From assembly GCA_051942245.1 (NCBI GenBank), contig JAVECL010000080.1, forward strand, positions 1-59,355: a DNA stretch of 59,355 nucleotides. The letters are read 5' to 3'. This stretch comes from Trypethelium eluteriae (taxonomy: Eukaryota). Positions 34,898 to 46,120 of the stretch are shown piece by piece. Numbering within the stretch: position 1 is the stretch's first letter; the number at the start of each line of letters is the position of its first letter. A model generated the notes under the pieces. The model was not told where the DNA came from. It ran no database searches and was given only the letters and a program-made list of their open reading frames with translations. Made by a program: the position numbers and the translations under genes.

Positions 34898-36301
34898 ATG
34901 TCAGCGGAACTCAGCATGGAGAAAGCAGAGACCGTCGCCGGGGCCGAAAAGCCTGGGGTAAATGTAAATGCCCCTCCGTCGACTGCAGTTCGACGAGTTT
35001 TCTTTCGCAGTACACTCTTTCAGATCCTTGTGGTCGGTGGCTGTGCATTTACTGCGCCAGGGATATGGGGTGCCATGAATGGCTTGGGTGTGGGTGGGAC
35101 AGAAGATCCTAATCTCATTAATGCCGCCAATGCCTTGCTATATGCATTCATGACGGTGACGTGTTTTTCAGGCCCTTGGGTAACAAATTTAATTGGATTT
35201 CGTTGGACTTTGGCCATTGGCTCCCTAGGGTATCCACTCTACGCGGCGGGACTCCATGTCAACAATCATTCTGAAGCCATTTGGTTTGTGTACTTTGGAG
35301 CTGTGGCCTGTGGAATTAGTGCCGGCTTCTTCTGGAGCGTTGAAGGCGCGATTGCCACAGGCTACCCCGAGGCGCACAAACGAGGCTGTTATCTTGCCAC
35401 CTGGCTCACTTTCCGTGATTTGGGCATGCTTGTTGGAGGAGCGATCTCTCTTGCCCTCAATCATAAGACCGGGCAAAAGGGTCAGGTTGGGTACTCAACT
35501 TATCAAGCTTTCATCGCTATCCAGTGTCTTGGATTCTTTCTCGCTCTCCTGCTCTCTACTCCAGAGCAAGTACAGCGCGATGATGGTACGCGCATCGACG
35601 CGCCTCGTGGGCTGCACTGGCGCGTTCAAGCAAAAGAAGTATGGCAACTGGCTAGGAGTAGGTCGATTCTCCTCTTGGTCCCACTCTTCTGGTACTTTGG
35701 CTGGATTCAGGCGTACCCAGGCACTTACTTGGAGACGTATTTTACCATCCGCTCTCGTGGCCTTGGTAGTTTCATGTCTGCGGTAGTTATGGTGCTTGGT
35801 ACCTGGATTGGGGGCTCTCTGGTCGACTTGCCATGGACAAGGAACCGGAAGACGCGAGCCATTACCACCTATATTCTTGTAGCAACGATCAACAGTGCGA
35901 CCTGGATTTGGTCGGTCATCATCCAAAATGACTTTCGCCACACGAAGCCTGTCGTTGATTGGTCAGATCAAAGTACTTTTGGACCGGGGTTTGGCGTGTA
36001 CATGTTTCAGTATGTCAGTCTGGGCATGGTCGAGAACTATATCTACTGGTGCATCAGTAATTTGAGTGACTCCCCGGGTCAACAAATCCGATACACGTCT
36101 CTTCTTCGAGGCATCGAAACGGCTGCTGTTGCGGTAGGATTCGGAGTCCAAGCTGTTCCCACGGCTCTCATCGCTACGGCTAGCATCAACCTCGCCCTAT
36201 GGTTTATCGCACTGCCGTTCAGCTACTTTGCCACTTTGCAGGTCGTTCATCAATTCGACAAGACGGAAGCAGAGGCCAACCAGACAATGAGAGGGAATTG
36301 A
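34898..36301 (+). CDS. UNC-93-like MFS transporter
   Basis: PGIWGAMNGLGVGG, FFWSVEGAIATGYPE..KRG and RDDGT; about 12 hydrophobic segments; intronless. Confidence 0.88.
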   Translation: MSAELSMEKAETVAGAEKPGVNVNAPPSTAVRRVFFRSTLFQILVVGGCAFTAPGIWGAMNGLGVGGTEDPNLINAANALLYAFMTVTCFSGPWVTNLIGFRWTLAIGSLGYPLYAAGLHVNNHSEAIWFVYFGAVACGISAGFFWSVEGAIATGYPEAHKRGCYLATWLTFRDLGMLVGGAISLALNHKTGQKGQVGYSTYQAFIAIQCLGFFLALLLSTPEQVQRDDGTRIDAPRGLHWRVQAKEVWQLARSRSILLLVPLFWYFGWIQAYPGTYLETYFTIRSRGLGSFMSAVVMVLGTWIGGSLVDLPWTRNRKTRAITTYILVATINSATWIWSVIIQNDFRHTKPVVDWSDQSTFGPGFGVYMFQYVSLGMVENYIYWCISNLSDSPGQQIRYTSLLRGIETAAVAVGFGVQAVPTALIATASINLALWFIALPFSYFATLQVVHQFDKTEAEANQTMRGN

Positions 36302-39300
36302 TTGATCAAATCAAGGGTCAGAAAGGAAGGAACTGAAGCGGTGCCTTTCTGTTGTCAACTATGACCAATAAGTCCTACGAAAAAAGCAACGAGATCTACC
36401 GTACGGCAGCCAGGAGAAACTAGAAAATATAGATGTCTTTAGTTGGTATCAACGCGACCACGTACTGCTTTAGCTCTTCCGAAGATTTCGTGCTTGCGGC
36501 CTCATGTGTCCCCTTGTATTGACCTTATTCCGTGACTATGCACGCTCAAGGATGCCACCGTACATTTCTTGCTTGCGGCCTTTCAACTGTGGTCAACAGA
36601 GACAACATAAGAGCAAAGCGATCTAGAATCGCCATTCAGGAGGGGTGGAGTCTCAGTCAATTCTTCCTTGATAAGGTCCGGAGTAACTGCTCTTCCAGTA
36701 TCTTACAGCAAAAGAATTGTCTTTCCTGAATCTATCGAGATGTCTGGACTTGCTTGTGGCACGGACTAACACCGGATCACGATCGCGAGATGGTATGACA
36801 TTGCGACATGAGATAATATGCGAGCAAAGAACCTGACCTGTCTATTCAAACATATAAATTGATAAAGTCCTCGCTTTGCATGTACGCGGTCGTGGTGTGA
36901 CGGCAGTAAGCTTTTCGACCAATCTGATTTAGAAGCCAGGTGCAATGACCTAATAAGTGAACATGGTCAGACGTGCCCTCTGGAAGCACGTCGTGCACGT
37001 AGTCGAGAGCGCAATTTCGGGCCGTGGGGAAAGGGGCCAAGAGATCTGAAAACTTGAAACATAACGACTAGTTGATCTCAATCTTCAGCCGTAGTCCTCT
37101 CGTGTGTGCCACGTGGTTGCCAAGTATACTCCGTACTGCTTAGCCAGCCTTGCTCGATGTACGAGCCTCTTAGAAGCATCTTCTGTGGACTTTTCGTTTC
37201 CAAGCGTCAGTCATATCGTTAGAACCGTACTTCACCGCACCTTTGAAGGAGAAATGTCATTGTGAGATACGGACCTGCGAGAGAGAATGACGGAGACTTC
37301 ACTGAAAGGTCGAGATTTCTACGATAACTCGCGTAAGGCTTTACCTGGGCCGCCACTTCACCCACGATCAGGCGTCGCCAGTCTTTGAAGGTGGCGGATT
37401 GAAATAGAACAGAGATGCACTCAAGATGACGGATCGGCAGTCGTTACGGAGAATACAATCGGGGTCAGGGCAGCGTGTACTGTACCTAAGATTGGCTTGG
37501 TCTGGCCAAAGGCAAGCCGAGTCAAGACAAGCTTCCCTGGCAATTCGCCACAAGCAGTGAGATTGTGGAAATTAGATGATCTTCACAAAAGCTCTGCCGG
37601 TATACCGCGTTGATAGTGCTATCATGATGCTATCATCCGATGCAACGATCTGGACTAGAGCTGCTCAGCTTGCCCAAGGAGAGCCAAGCGTGTGATTGCA
37701 AGGAGGAAAAAGGAGAGAAAATGGTCATGATACCCGTGAGGTACGTGACAAGGTACCTGCCTACCTACTAGCAGCAGTCAAAAAGTTTGGCGATAACGGC
37801 ACTCCCCCTGACGGCTTCGGAGTGAAACACCTACGCGATCTCTCTTTACGATATTAGCTGGAGAGAAAACTAAGTGGCTCGACTGTGAAAGGCTGTTGTT
37901 GCAGTTCATCAATGAAACGTGGACCTAGTATCAAGTGCTCTGAAGATGGAGTTGTAGCATGGGTAGGTACTTAGCGAGACCGACCCAAGAAGTCATAAGG
38001 ACGTCAAACTTCTTCGCAGTAAACTGTGTAGCTTCAATATCTTGAGCTAGATATGCACTCGAAGTGGCCTGCTATTGATGTTTAGGCTTATTTGTGGTCG
38101 CGATGGAATGCTCCAAGTCCTCTTCGGCGTTGGGGAACGTGTTTATTTTGCTGTTGACACCCTTCATTTTGCTACGTAAAGCAACAAGTATTCGCGACTG
38201 ACTACGACGAGACACAACATTGTACTTTGTGCTGAGTGTCTAGCCTAAATGGTTTAAGATGCAGCACTGCAGCCACGAGCCGAACACTTTCCCATCTGCA
38301 GCCAGTTGAAGATCCGAATTGTTGGCCGTGGGTTGTCCGGCGCAGCACCGGAGTTTTGATCCTGCAGGCTTCTGCCCGGTCCTTACCCGACGGCCATTCG
38401 ACCATACGCATTTCCTGACACTTTTGCGACAATGAAGCGTCAAAATATCTGAGCCATACCTTTGTGCGACTGATTGAAGTTCTGAATCTGAATTCCCACC
38501 ATTGTGATGTCTGGATGCAGCAAGCCTGAAGGGCTCAGACGGACTGCCAAAATTCTACGGTGGGCGTACACAGCTACATGACATGAGAATTGATCAGTGA
38601 GCATGGACATCAGTCGGGCGTGTGGTAATATCAATCTCTTTTGCAGGGTGCCATCCAGAGCCATGCACGATGACGATGTTACGGATCGCTCCCGAGACGT
38701 TTTCAGAATCTATTGACAGGGATAGACAGCTCCGAGCTGCCTAGGGTTTGGTGCTCTCCACCATTTATTTTGGAGGTCTGGCCTAATTGGTAATGGTCGA
38801 TGGACGCTGCCGCGTTCCTGAACTAAACTGCTATTTACGATTTCGGAATGGGATTTCGCGTTTTACTTTGGCTAAGCAGCGGCTGACTCAAGCGTCCCAT
38901 ATTTTTCAAGGTCCTGGCTTCGCTTTCTCAAATGAACGGGAGCCTGACAGTATCCGCGATGTCTCGCTATTTGCGCAAGCAATCAGATCATAATATCAGC
39001 CTCCGCTTACATGCAGAGAACTGCATAAGGGTCCCCGTTCGGTTAGGCAAAAAGCATTCATCCAGCGGTGTAGGCACAACCTCGATGACGGCAGGTCCAG
39101 CTCGCCACATTTTATATTGTCAATGTTAATTGGCAGACAAGAAGAGATATGCTAGAGCAGCAGACGTACAGTATCAGAGTCAGCAATTTCAGGATTTTCC
39201 ATATGCGGTATCTTGATTGTGTCTGGGTCATGCGTACGGATGAGATAATCGCCTAACGGAATGCCTTGCTCACGCTTCGTGAGTGGAAATGAATCACGAG

Positions 39301-40349
39301 GAGATAGTCTCAGTAAATGTTCTGGAGCACGCCACGGCCATGGCAGCATTCTATCAAGGCGCAATAAGTCCATCATTGAATGTTTGAGTTGACTTTTAAT
39401 AAAACCATCTAGAAATCTGGGTCCGATAGTTTTGATAGAGCTAGTCTCACGCGGCTCCTTTAGAAAGGACGATACGCCTGACTAGCTCTTTAGAGTCATA
39501 GCGCTTTGACGAACTATTCCCGCGATCTTGCAGAGCTTCTGCGCCGGGTTATGAAAGAAAAAGCCCAGGTGGTCAATGGAAGATCGACAGCCAGGGTTGG
39601 TTACCCGTGAGCCGAGCGGGGAGCCGCCTCCAAACACCGACTTTCACCTCACCTCCATCATCCATCGAAGACACCGCACAGCGGCCACGCGACACACAAC
39701 TCTGCCGCTGTACAGCTAGCCACCTAGAAACCACATCGCCTCATCCTAGCATGCTCACCATCATGAACTCCGCCATCCCTGAAGTAAACTGTCAAGTTTT
39801 GTCAGTCGCCTGGCAAACTACCAACCTCCACACGGTATCTTGGCCGAGCTTCAAGCTAAGCTATGCATCTTTACGGAAGCTTTACGCCAAGCTGGCTCCC
39901 CTTGAACTAAGTCTATTCGCAATCTCTGTCCTTTCCTGCCTATGCTGCTGCACCCTTTTCGGAAAGGCCGCCCACATGGCTCGGCTCTCCTTGGCCTGGT
40001 CTTAGCCAGCATCGAAACCTTGTCTTTGCAAGCGCCAGATTGGAGATTGTAGGAGTTTTGCTCCCAGAATGGCAGCAACAATTACGGGCTGATGCTCAAT
40101 CGTGGCTTTGTAGCTCTCCAGGAGTCTGGAGAAGGAGGTGTTTATATCAAGGTAAAGCCCCCCAGCTTGTCATGCCTCCTTACCGGCTGCACGCTTCGCG
40201 CCAATAGGTAGGATACCTTCCCTTCTACTGAAAGTGCTCCGTTCGTTTGTTTCTCCTTCGTTTAATCGCCTTCGTTGGTGCTTCTTGCTTTTGTTCTACA
40301 AGCTTATCATTGATTCAATTGGCCTTGTGTCACCTGCTTGTGCGCAAAT

Positions 40350-43300
40350 ATGAAGTCCATCACGTGGACTGTTGCTCTTGCGCTTGCCACTTTTCTACCC
40401 GCATTGGCTGCACCTAGTCCGAACAGCGGTGGCGATTGGAACAACGAGGGCTCAGACGAGGCGAACAAATTCCGCGGATGGGGGGATTCATCTCCTTACA
40501 AACCTGGCTTTAGCAAGCCGGGATCGCCATCCAGTGGACAACCTGCTTGGGATGGTACATGCGGTGGTGATGAAGGGAATAGCTGCAGTGGCTCCTGGGC
40601 TGGACAGTGTTGCAGCAAAGACGGTCAATGTGGCTCAACGAATCTTCACTGTGGAAAGGGATGTCAACCTGAGTTTGGCAAATGCGCTCCAGGCGTCGAG
40701 ACAGAAACCACTTCAATCATTGCACCCGTCCCAACTTCCTACGCTCCTAGTAGCTATAGCAGTATTCTGTCTAGCTTGAGCTCTCAATCTTCCGCCGAAG
40801 CCTCCACTGCTGCAGTTTCCACCGAGACCAACGCTGCCGCGGGCCAAACAAACAGTCTTCCGGATTCTCTCGCTACGGATACAGCGTGCAGCAACAACAT
40901 CGTTACCGTTACTTCTGTCAGCACCCAGGTGTCTGTCAGCACAGTCGTCATTGGAGGGTCCTCCACCTTCCCCAGTGCTTCTGCAGGTGAAAGCCAAACG
41001 GCGTCATTGTCAAGTACCGGTGCCTCTAGCTTGTCCGCTGGCTCTTCTTTCACTTCTCTTTCTACTCCATCTTCCGGTGCCTCGCTTGGCTCCTCTGCCT
41101 TGTCTTCTCTACTGCCCTCTTCGAGCGCTCCAGCTGGCTTCTTCACTGGATCGTCTGCCTGGTCTTCTAGTATTAATACTATCACTACTACCACACCCTC
41201 CACAGCAGCTTCAGCGGGCGCATCGACAGATTCTTCCGTGGGTTCGCTGGCTGACTCCTCATCTGCATCTTCTAGTTGGACGGGTATAGCGAACAATACC
41301 GCTGGTAGTCCTCCTGGATATCCTGGTAGTCCATCTGGACAAACCGGCAGCTCGTCAGGCGGGCTCTCTGTTGGCACCTCCATTGCCAGCGAGGCTGCCA
41401 ATGCCACGACGGGCCCTTCTTTCACTGGATCTGGCTCCGTCACACTTTCTTCAGTCACAGGAATACCATCAGGAGTTACGTCTCTTAGCTCCATGACCAC
41501 TGTTGTATCTGGTCAGACGATTCCTTCATATCCTTCTGGGAGTGGTAGCGTCAGCACTGCACCTGGCACCTCTATTGTCACTTCGCCAACAATTAGACCG
41601 TCGCATGGATTTGGAAACAGTTCATCTAGACCTATTACTACGTCACTCCCAGTTACCACATCCGCCATTCTTCCCAATGTTACCACATCACTCAACAGTA
41701 CAAAGCCGAGCAATACCACGGCGGCTTGTACGACAAAGCCAACGCCACAATGTATTCCATGCGAGGGCGCCCCCGACCCAAGTGCCCCGTGGTGTGGATA
41801 CGACATCAACACTGACTTTTACAAGTACGTTCCAAGAACCTGCAAGACTGTGGAGTATGACTTTGTGGTAACCAACACTACCATTTCTCCCGATGGTGTC
41901 CCGCGGATGGGTCTTCTCGTCAACGGTCAAATGCCTGGTCCCGCCATTGAAGCCAATTGGGGCGATACTGTCGTTGTTAGATTGACGAACAATCTGCCTG
42001 CTGATGGTAACAATGGTACTACTTTCCATTTCCACGGCCTTCGTCAGAACTACACAAACGAGATGGATGGTGTCCCTTCGATTACACAATGCCCAGTTGC
42101 ACCAGGCGAAAGCATGACTTACACTTGGGTTGCGACGCAATATGGCACATCTTGGTACCACTCTCACTTCCAACTTCAAGCCTGGGAGGGTGTTATGGGT
42201 CCAATTGTCATTCATGGCCCTTCAAGCGCTGATTATGATGTCGATATGGGACCGATTGTCCTTCAAGACTGGAGCCATCAGACTGTGGACCAAATGTATG
42301 ATGCTGCCCAGGATGGTACAACTGGTGGACCAAGAGTGCTTGATACCGGTCTTATCAATGGTATGAACGTCTTCGGAGCTGATGGCGCTAGCAATCAAAC
42401 TGGCAAACGCTATCAGCTTGAGTTTATCCCTGGAAAGAAGCACCTTCTTCGCGTTGTCAACACTGCTATCCAGTCCACCTTCAAATTCTATATAGACGGA
42501 CACAAGCTCCAGGTTATCTCCACGGATTTTGTCCCTATCAAGCCTTACACTACCAGCATCTTGAACATCAACATTGGTCAACGCTATGATGTTATTGTCG
42601 AGGCGAACCAACCAGTGGGCGATTACTGGATGAGGTCCGATAACCAGGATGCTTGCGCTGTCATCACTAACGCCAAGAATATCAAAGGTATTGTTCACTA
42701 TGCGGGAAGCTCTGGATCCACTCCGACATCCGTTGGTTTCAACTATACCTCTGAGTGCGTGGACGAGCCGTCGAGTAGTCTGATTCCTGTCGTACCCTAC
42801 ACTGTCGGCTCCTCTAATACCGAGTATGATGAGACTGTTGTCGTCTCGGCGAACAACTCATTGAATCTTTACCGCTGGTATCTGTACGGCACCACTTCTG
42901 CTACCCCAGAGACCTTCCAGTCTGAATGGTCAGACCCAACGCTCTACGAGATTTGGAAGAACGATACTGTTCCACCTTATAGCGGTGGTCTCGCTATCAG
43001 CGTTCCGAAGCTGAAGGAATGGGTCTACGTCGTCATCGAGAGTCCGATCCCTCTACCTCACCCAATTCACTTGCACGGACATGATTTCTACATTCTTGGC
43101 TCAGGTAGCGGTACCTACGATTCGTCATCTTCTGCATCACTCAATCTCAATAATCCCCCACGTCGCGACGTTGCTCTTCTCCCAACCGCGGGTTACCTCG
43201 TGCTTGCCTTCCAAACAGACAACCCAGGTGTGTGGCTCATGCACTGCCATATTGGCTGGCACACATCCATGGGCTTTGCCATGCAAATTGTCGAGGCGCA

Positions 43301-43412
43301 AGATCTCATCAAGCCCTCTATTGACGATACCTGCTTGCTCGACGATACCTGCAAGAGCTGGAGAAAGTATGCTAACTCCGCGAGTCTAACCACTACGGAC
43401 TCCGGTGTATAA
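40350..43412 (+). CDS. Secreted multicopper oxidase (AA1 laccase) with N-terminal CBM18/hevein chitin-binding module and ~340-aa Ser/Thr-rich linker
   Basis: Signal peptide; 8-Cys module CGG...C....QCCSKDGQCG....HCGKGCQPEFGKC; copper motifs HFHG, WYHSH, HPIHLHGH and HCHIGWH; ascomycete C-terminal DSGV. Confidence 0.93.
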   Translation: MKSITWTVALALATFLPALAAPSPNSGGDWNNEGSDEANKFRGWGDSSPYKPGFSKPGSPSSGQPAWDGTCGGDEGNSCSGSWAGQCCSKDGQCGSTNLHCGKGCQPEFGKCAPGVETETTSIIAPVPTSYAPSSYSSILSSLSSQSSAEASTAAVSTETNAAAGQTNSLPDSLATDTACSNNIVTVTSVSTQVSVSTVVIGGSSTFPSASAGESQTASLSSTGASSLSAGSSFTSLSTPSSGASLGSSALSSLLPSSSAPAGFFTGSSAWSSSINTITTTTPSTAASAGASTDSSVGSLADSSSASSSWTGIANNTAGSPPGYPGSPSGQTGSSSGGLSVGTSIASEAANATTGPSFTGSGSVTLSSVTGIPSGVTSLSSMTTVVSGQTIPSYPSGSGSVSTAPGTSIVTSPTIRPSHGFGNSSSRPITTSLPVTTSAILPNVTTSLNSTKPSNTTAACTTKPTPQCIPCEGAPDPSAPWCGYDINTDFYKYVPRTCKTVEYDFVVTNTTISPDGVPRMGLLVNGQMPGPAIEANWGDTVVVRLTNNLPADGNNGTTFHFHGLRQNYTNEMDGVPSITQCPVAPGESMTYTWVATQYGTSWYHSHFQLQAWEGVMGPIVIHGPSSADYDVDMGPIVLQDWSHQTVDQMYDAAQDGTTGGPRVLDTGLINGMNVFGADGASNQTGKRYQLEFIPGKKHLLRVVNTAIQSTFKFYIDGHKLQVISTDFVPIKPYTTSILNINIGQRYDVIVEANQPVGDYWMRSDNQDACAVITNAKNIKGIVHYAGSSGSTPTSVGFNYTSECVDEPSSSLIPVVPYTVGSSNTEYDETVVVSANNSLNLYRWYLYGTTSATPETFQSEWSDPTLYEIWKNDTVPPYSGGLAISVPKLKEWVYVVIESPIPLPHPIHLHGHDFYILGSGSGTYDSSSSASLNLNNPPRRDVALLPTAGYLVLAFQTDNPGVWLMHCHIGWHTSMGFAMQIVEAQDLIKPSIDDTCLLDDTCKSWRKYANSASLTTTDSGV

Positions 43413-44118
43413 TTGGGAGCTCTCGGTATACTGTAAATTATGCATTCGGAAATTCCTCGCATTTTCTATTGTTTCTTGTTCGGCTTAATACCCTTTCGCC
43501 TATCATGGCATTTTTCTTATGTTCATCTCATCGTTATTCTAATCTTGATCTCGTATTCGGAAAAATGGGCTATAGGACCTCTAATTTTGAACAGGGTGGA
43601 ATTTCAGCTTTCATCTGTGAATGATTGCATCACTGTAATTTTAGAAAGAGGCATAGACTACCGGACGGGAGAACAGTGGAGTCGAAAGTCTGTTAGGGAT
43701 TAAAGTTCTTGTATATAGGTAGCTCAAGTGCCTGAACTCAATGTTTTCGCTGGGCCTTGTAGTTTTAGAACCCGATTAGGAAGGAAGCTTTCTTCATTGC
43801 TACTTCCATCATCAAAGCTCCTTCAAGACCAATATTGAATGCTCTGATCCGACATATCCTGGCACATCCGGATCTGGCCGCACGGGTCATCACGGGTGGA
43901 GATTCGAGTAGGGACTTATACACCGCCCGCTCTTACCGCTTTAGACATCTGCCGGCAATACACGAGACGCGAATACTTCCAATTAGATTTGGACATCTTT
44001 TAGAAGCTTTGCAGCCCCAATTCCCTTGAGCGAATTCGAATATGAGACTTTCAGTCTGAAGCATCTGCAATGTAAAAGACCGTCAAACTATTCATGCTTG
44101 GCTTATACGAAGCACATC

Positions 44119-45881
44119 ATGAACCGCTCTCCACGAACCGTCTCCAACGCTCTCTTTCAACCCGCCTTCCAATACCTTTCGCGAAGCCGCACACCTTCTC
44201 CCCACCCGAAGCGTTCAGACTCGATCGACGAGAGATATCTCGACAGTCCCAACTTATCTCGCCAGACCTCGAACACATACTCGAATGCTGGAGACTTTAG
44301 CACAGGGTCTGTTCCCCTTATAACACTCAGCCGCTCGCCATCCCCATATCCACGAAGTCGTTCGAGTGCCGTGCAGTCCGAGGATGAAGACGACGAGTAT
44401 GACAACATCGCGCCGGAGACACCTATATTTGCATCGGCAAGAATTGGTGAGAGGAGAACGTGGAAGGGCTGGTTAAAAAATGGAGGATTCGGGGCTTGGT
44501 TATTTGAGACAAATGCAGGATGGCAGGTATACGTCGGGTTCCTGATCTTGTTTCTTGGAGGCACTGGATTTGAGGTGGTTATGCTGAACAGAATCATACT
44601 GATCAGTAAGAGCAAGTCGAAAACAGACACACTTGCCATCTTGCTGACACCTATGGAATAGCCGGAGTGTACAAATTCCCATACCCTCTTACTACGACCC
44701 TTCTTCAATTCACTGCTACGCATATACTGCTTCTTCTCACAGCAGCTCTAACAAGAGCACTTTCACGACCATTACGAAGTCTAGGCCTCAGCGCAGCGAT
44801 CGCCCCCTATCACCACAACTCCCCTTCCAGCTCATCTGGCCTAAGAACCGCCTTCCACCTACCACGACTGCTTACTCGGATACGGCAGTTCACCCTCGAG
44901 AACTCAGGCATAGCAGGCGGGGGTCTTCTCGAATTTGAATGGCGAACAGCTAAACAAGTACTTCCTCTTGCCGTTATCTTTGTCGCCAAAATCGTCCTCA
45001 GTAACATCTCGTTCGCGTAAGTGGTCGTCTATTTCCCTCCCTTCTACCAGCCCACGTCTTTCGTGCTAAACCCTTTGTCTGTCTTTAGCTATGCCGTCTA
45101 CCCAATCTACGTCCTCTCCCGCGTCGCCATTCTCCCCCTCGTCCTAACCTTCACCACCCTCCTCACCCGCACCTCCCACTCCACCGCCACTCTAACCGCC
45201 ACCCTCACCGCCACCCTCAGCCTCGAGATGGCCTCCTCCCGTCCCGGCCGCGTCATCTGGGAAGCCATCGTCGCCGGCGTCGCCTCCTCCCTCTTCGTCG
45301 CCCTCTACCCGGTCCTCCTCCTCCGCACCCACCGCGCCCTCGTCTCCTCGCTAATCCCCCAGGGCGAGCTCCTCACCAACAGCTCCGGAGCGGCTGGCAG
45401 CGGCAGCGGCATGGGCGGAGCAGCAGCAGCAGCAGCAGCAAGCAACAGCTCCCCACAGCCATCGTCAACCTCCTCCCTCGACAACGACTACACCACCCCA
45501 GCTTCCCACCCCTTCGTCGACGACTCGTCCGGCACCAAAGAAGACTCCCACGCCCACTACCTCCTCCTCCACTACCTCTCCCTCCTGTCGCTGCTCCTCC
45601 TCACCCCGCTCGTCCTGATCTCCGGCGAGCCAGCGCAGATCGCTCATCACTGCTACTTCATGGACGTGCCGTGGTTCTGGTTTCTCATCGCGATGGCCGG
45701 GTTGGGGGCGTGGTCCGTCTTCCTCGCGACACCGTTGCTGGTGCGAGCGACGAGTCCGTTGTCGGCTGCGATGGTTGGGGTGCCGAGGGGCGCGCTGCAG
45801 TTGGTGCTGCTGAGTGGTGGGGGGAGGATGCCGGTGCATAGTTGGGTCGGGGTGAGCTTTTGTTGGGCGGCGAGTGCGTAG
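44119..45881 (+). CDS. TPT/nucleotide-sugar transporter family (SLC35-like) membrane protein; introns 44606-44661 and 45017-45088; stop may be premature (see findings)
   Basis: LNRIILITGVYKFPYPLTTTLLQF, KIVLSNISFAYA and LLVRATSPLS motifs; multiple TM helices. Confidence 0.72.
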
Positions 45882-46120
45882 TTTGCGTGGGTGCGGAGGG
45901 GTGAGGGGAGGAGGTTGGAGAGGCTCAGGTTGGAGGGGAGGTAGACTGGAGGAGTTTGGGGATGAATATATGGGAGATGTGGATATTTGGAGAAGCCAAT
46001 TCTATGTCAAATATTGTAAGTGCATATGGGCTGGGTATAGATCAGGCTGGCGCGGTTAAAGCGTTCAATTATTCCTACACATTGACTTCCTTCACACTAC
46101 GGAGTTTTGGTATATTGCAA

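Noticed and set aside
25393..36301. Secondary-metabolite cluster (P450, dioxygenase, transporter)
   Set aside because: No PKS, NRPS, terpene synthase or pathway transcription factor; the genes are interspersed with unrelated ones.
36400..40300. Short ORFs in the 4-kb region upstream of the laccase
   Set aside because: No recognisable motifs or coherent exon chain; cannot support a gene call.
6162..43412. Starship or other giant transposon
   Set aside because: No DUF3435 tyrosine recombinase, transposase or identifiable terminal repeats seen.
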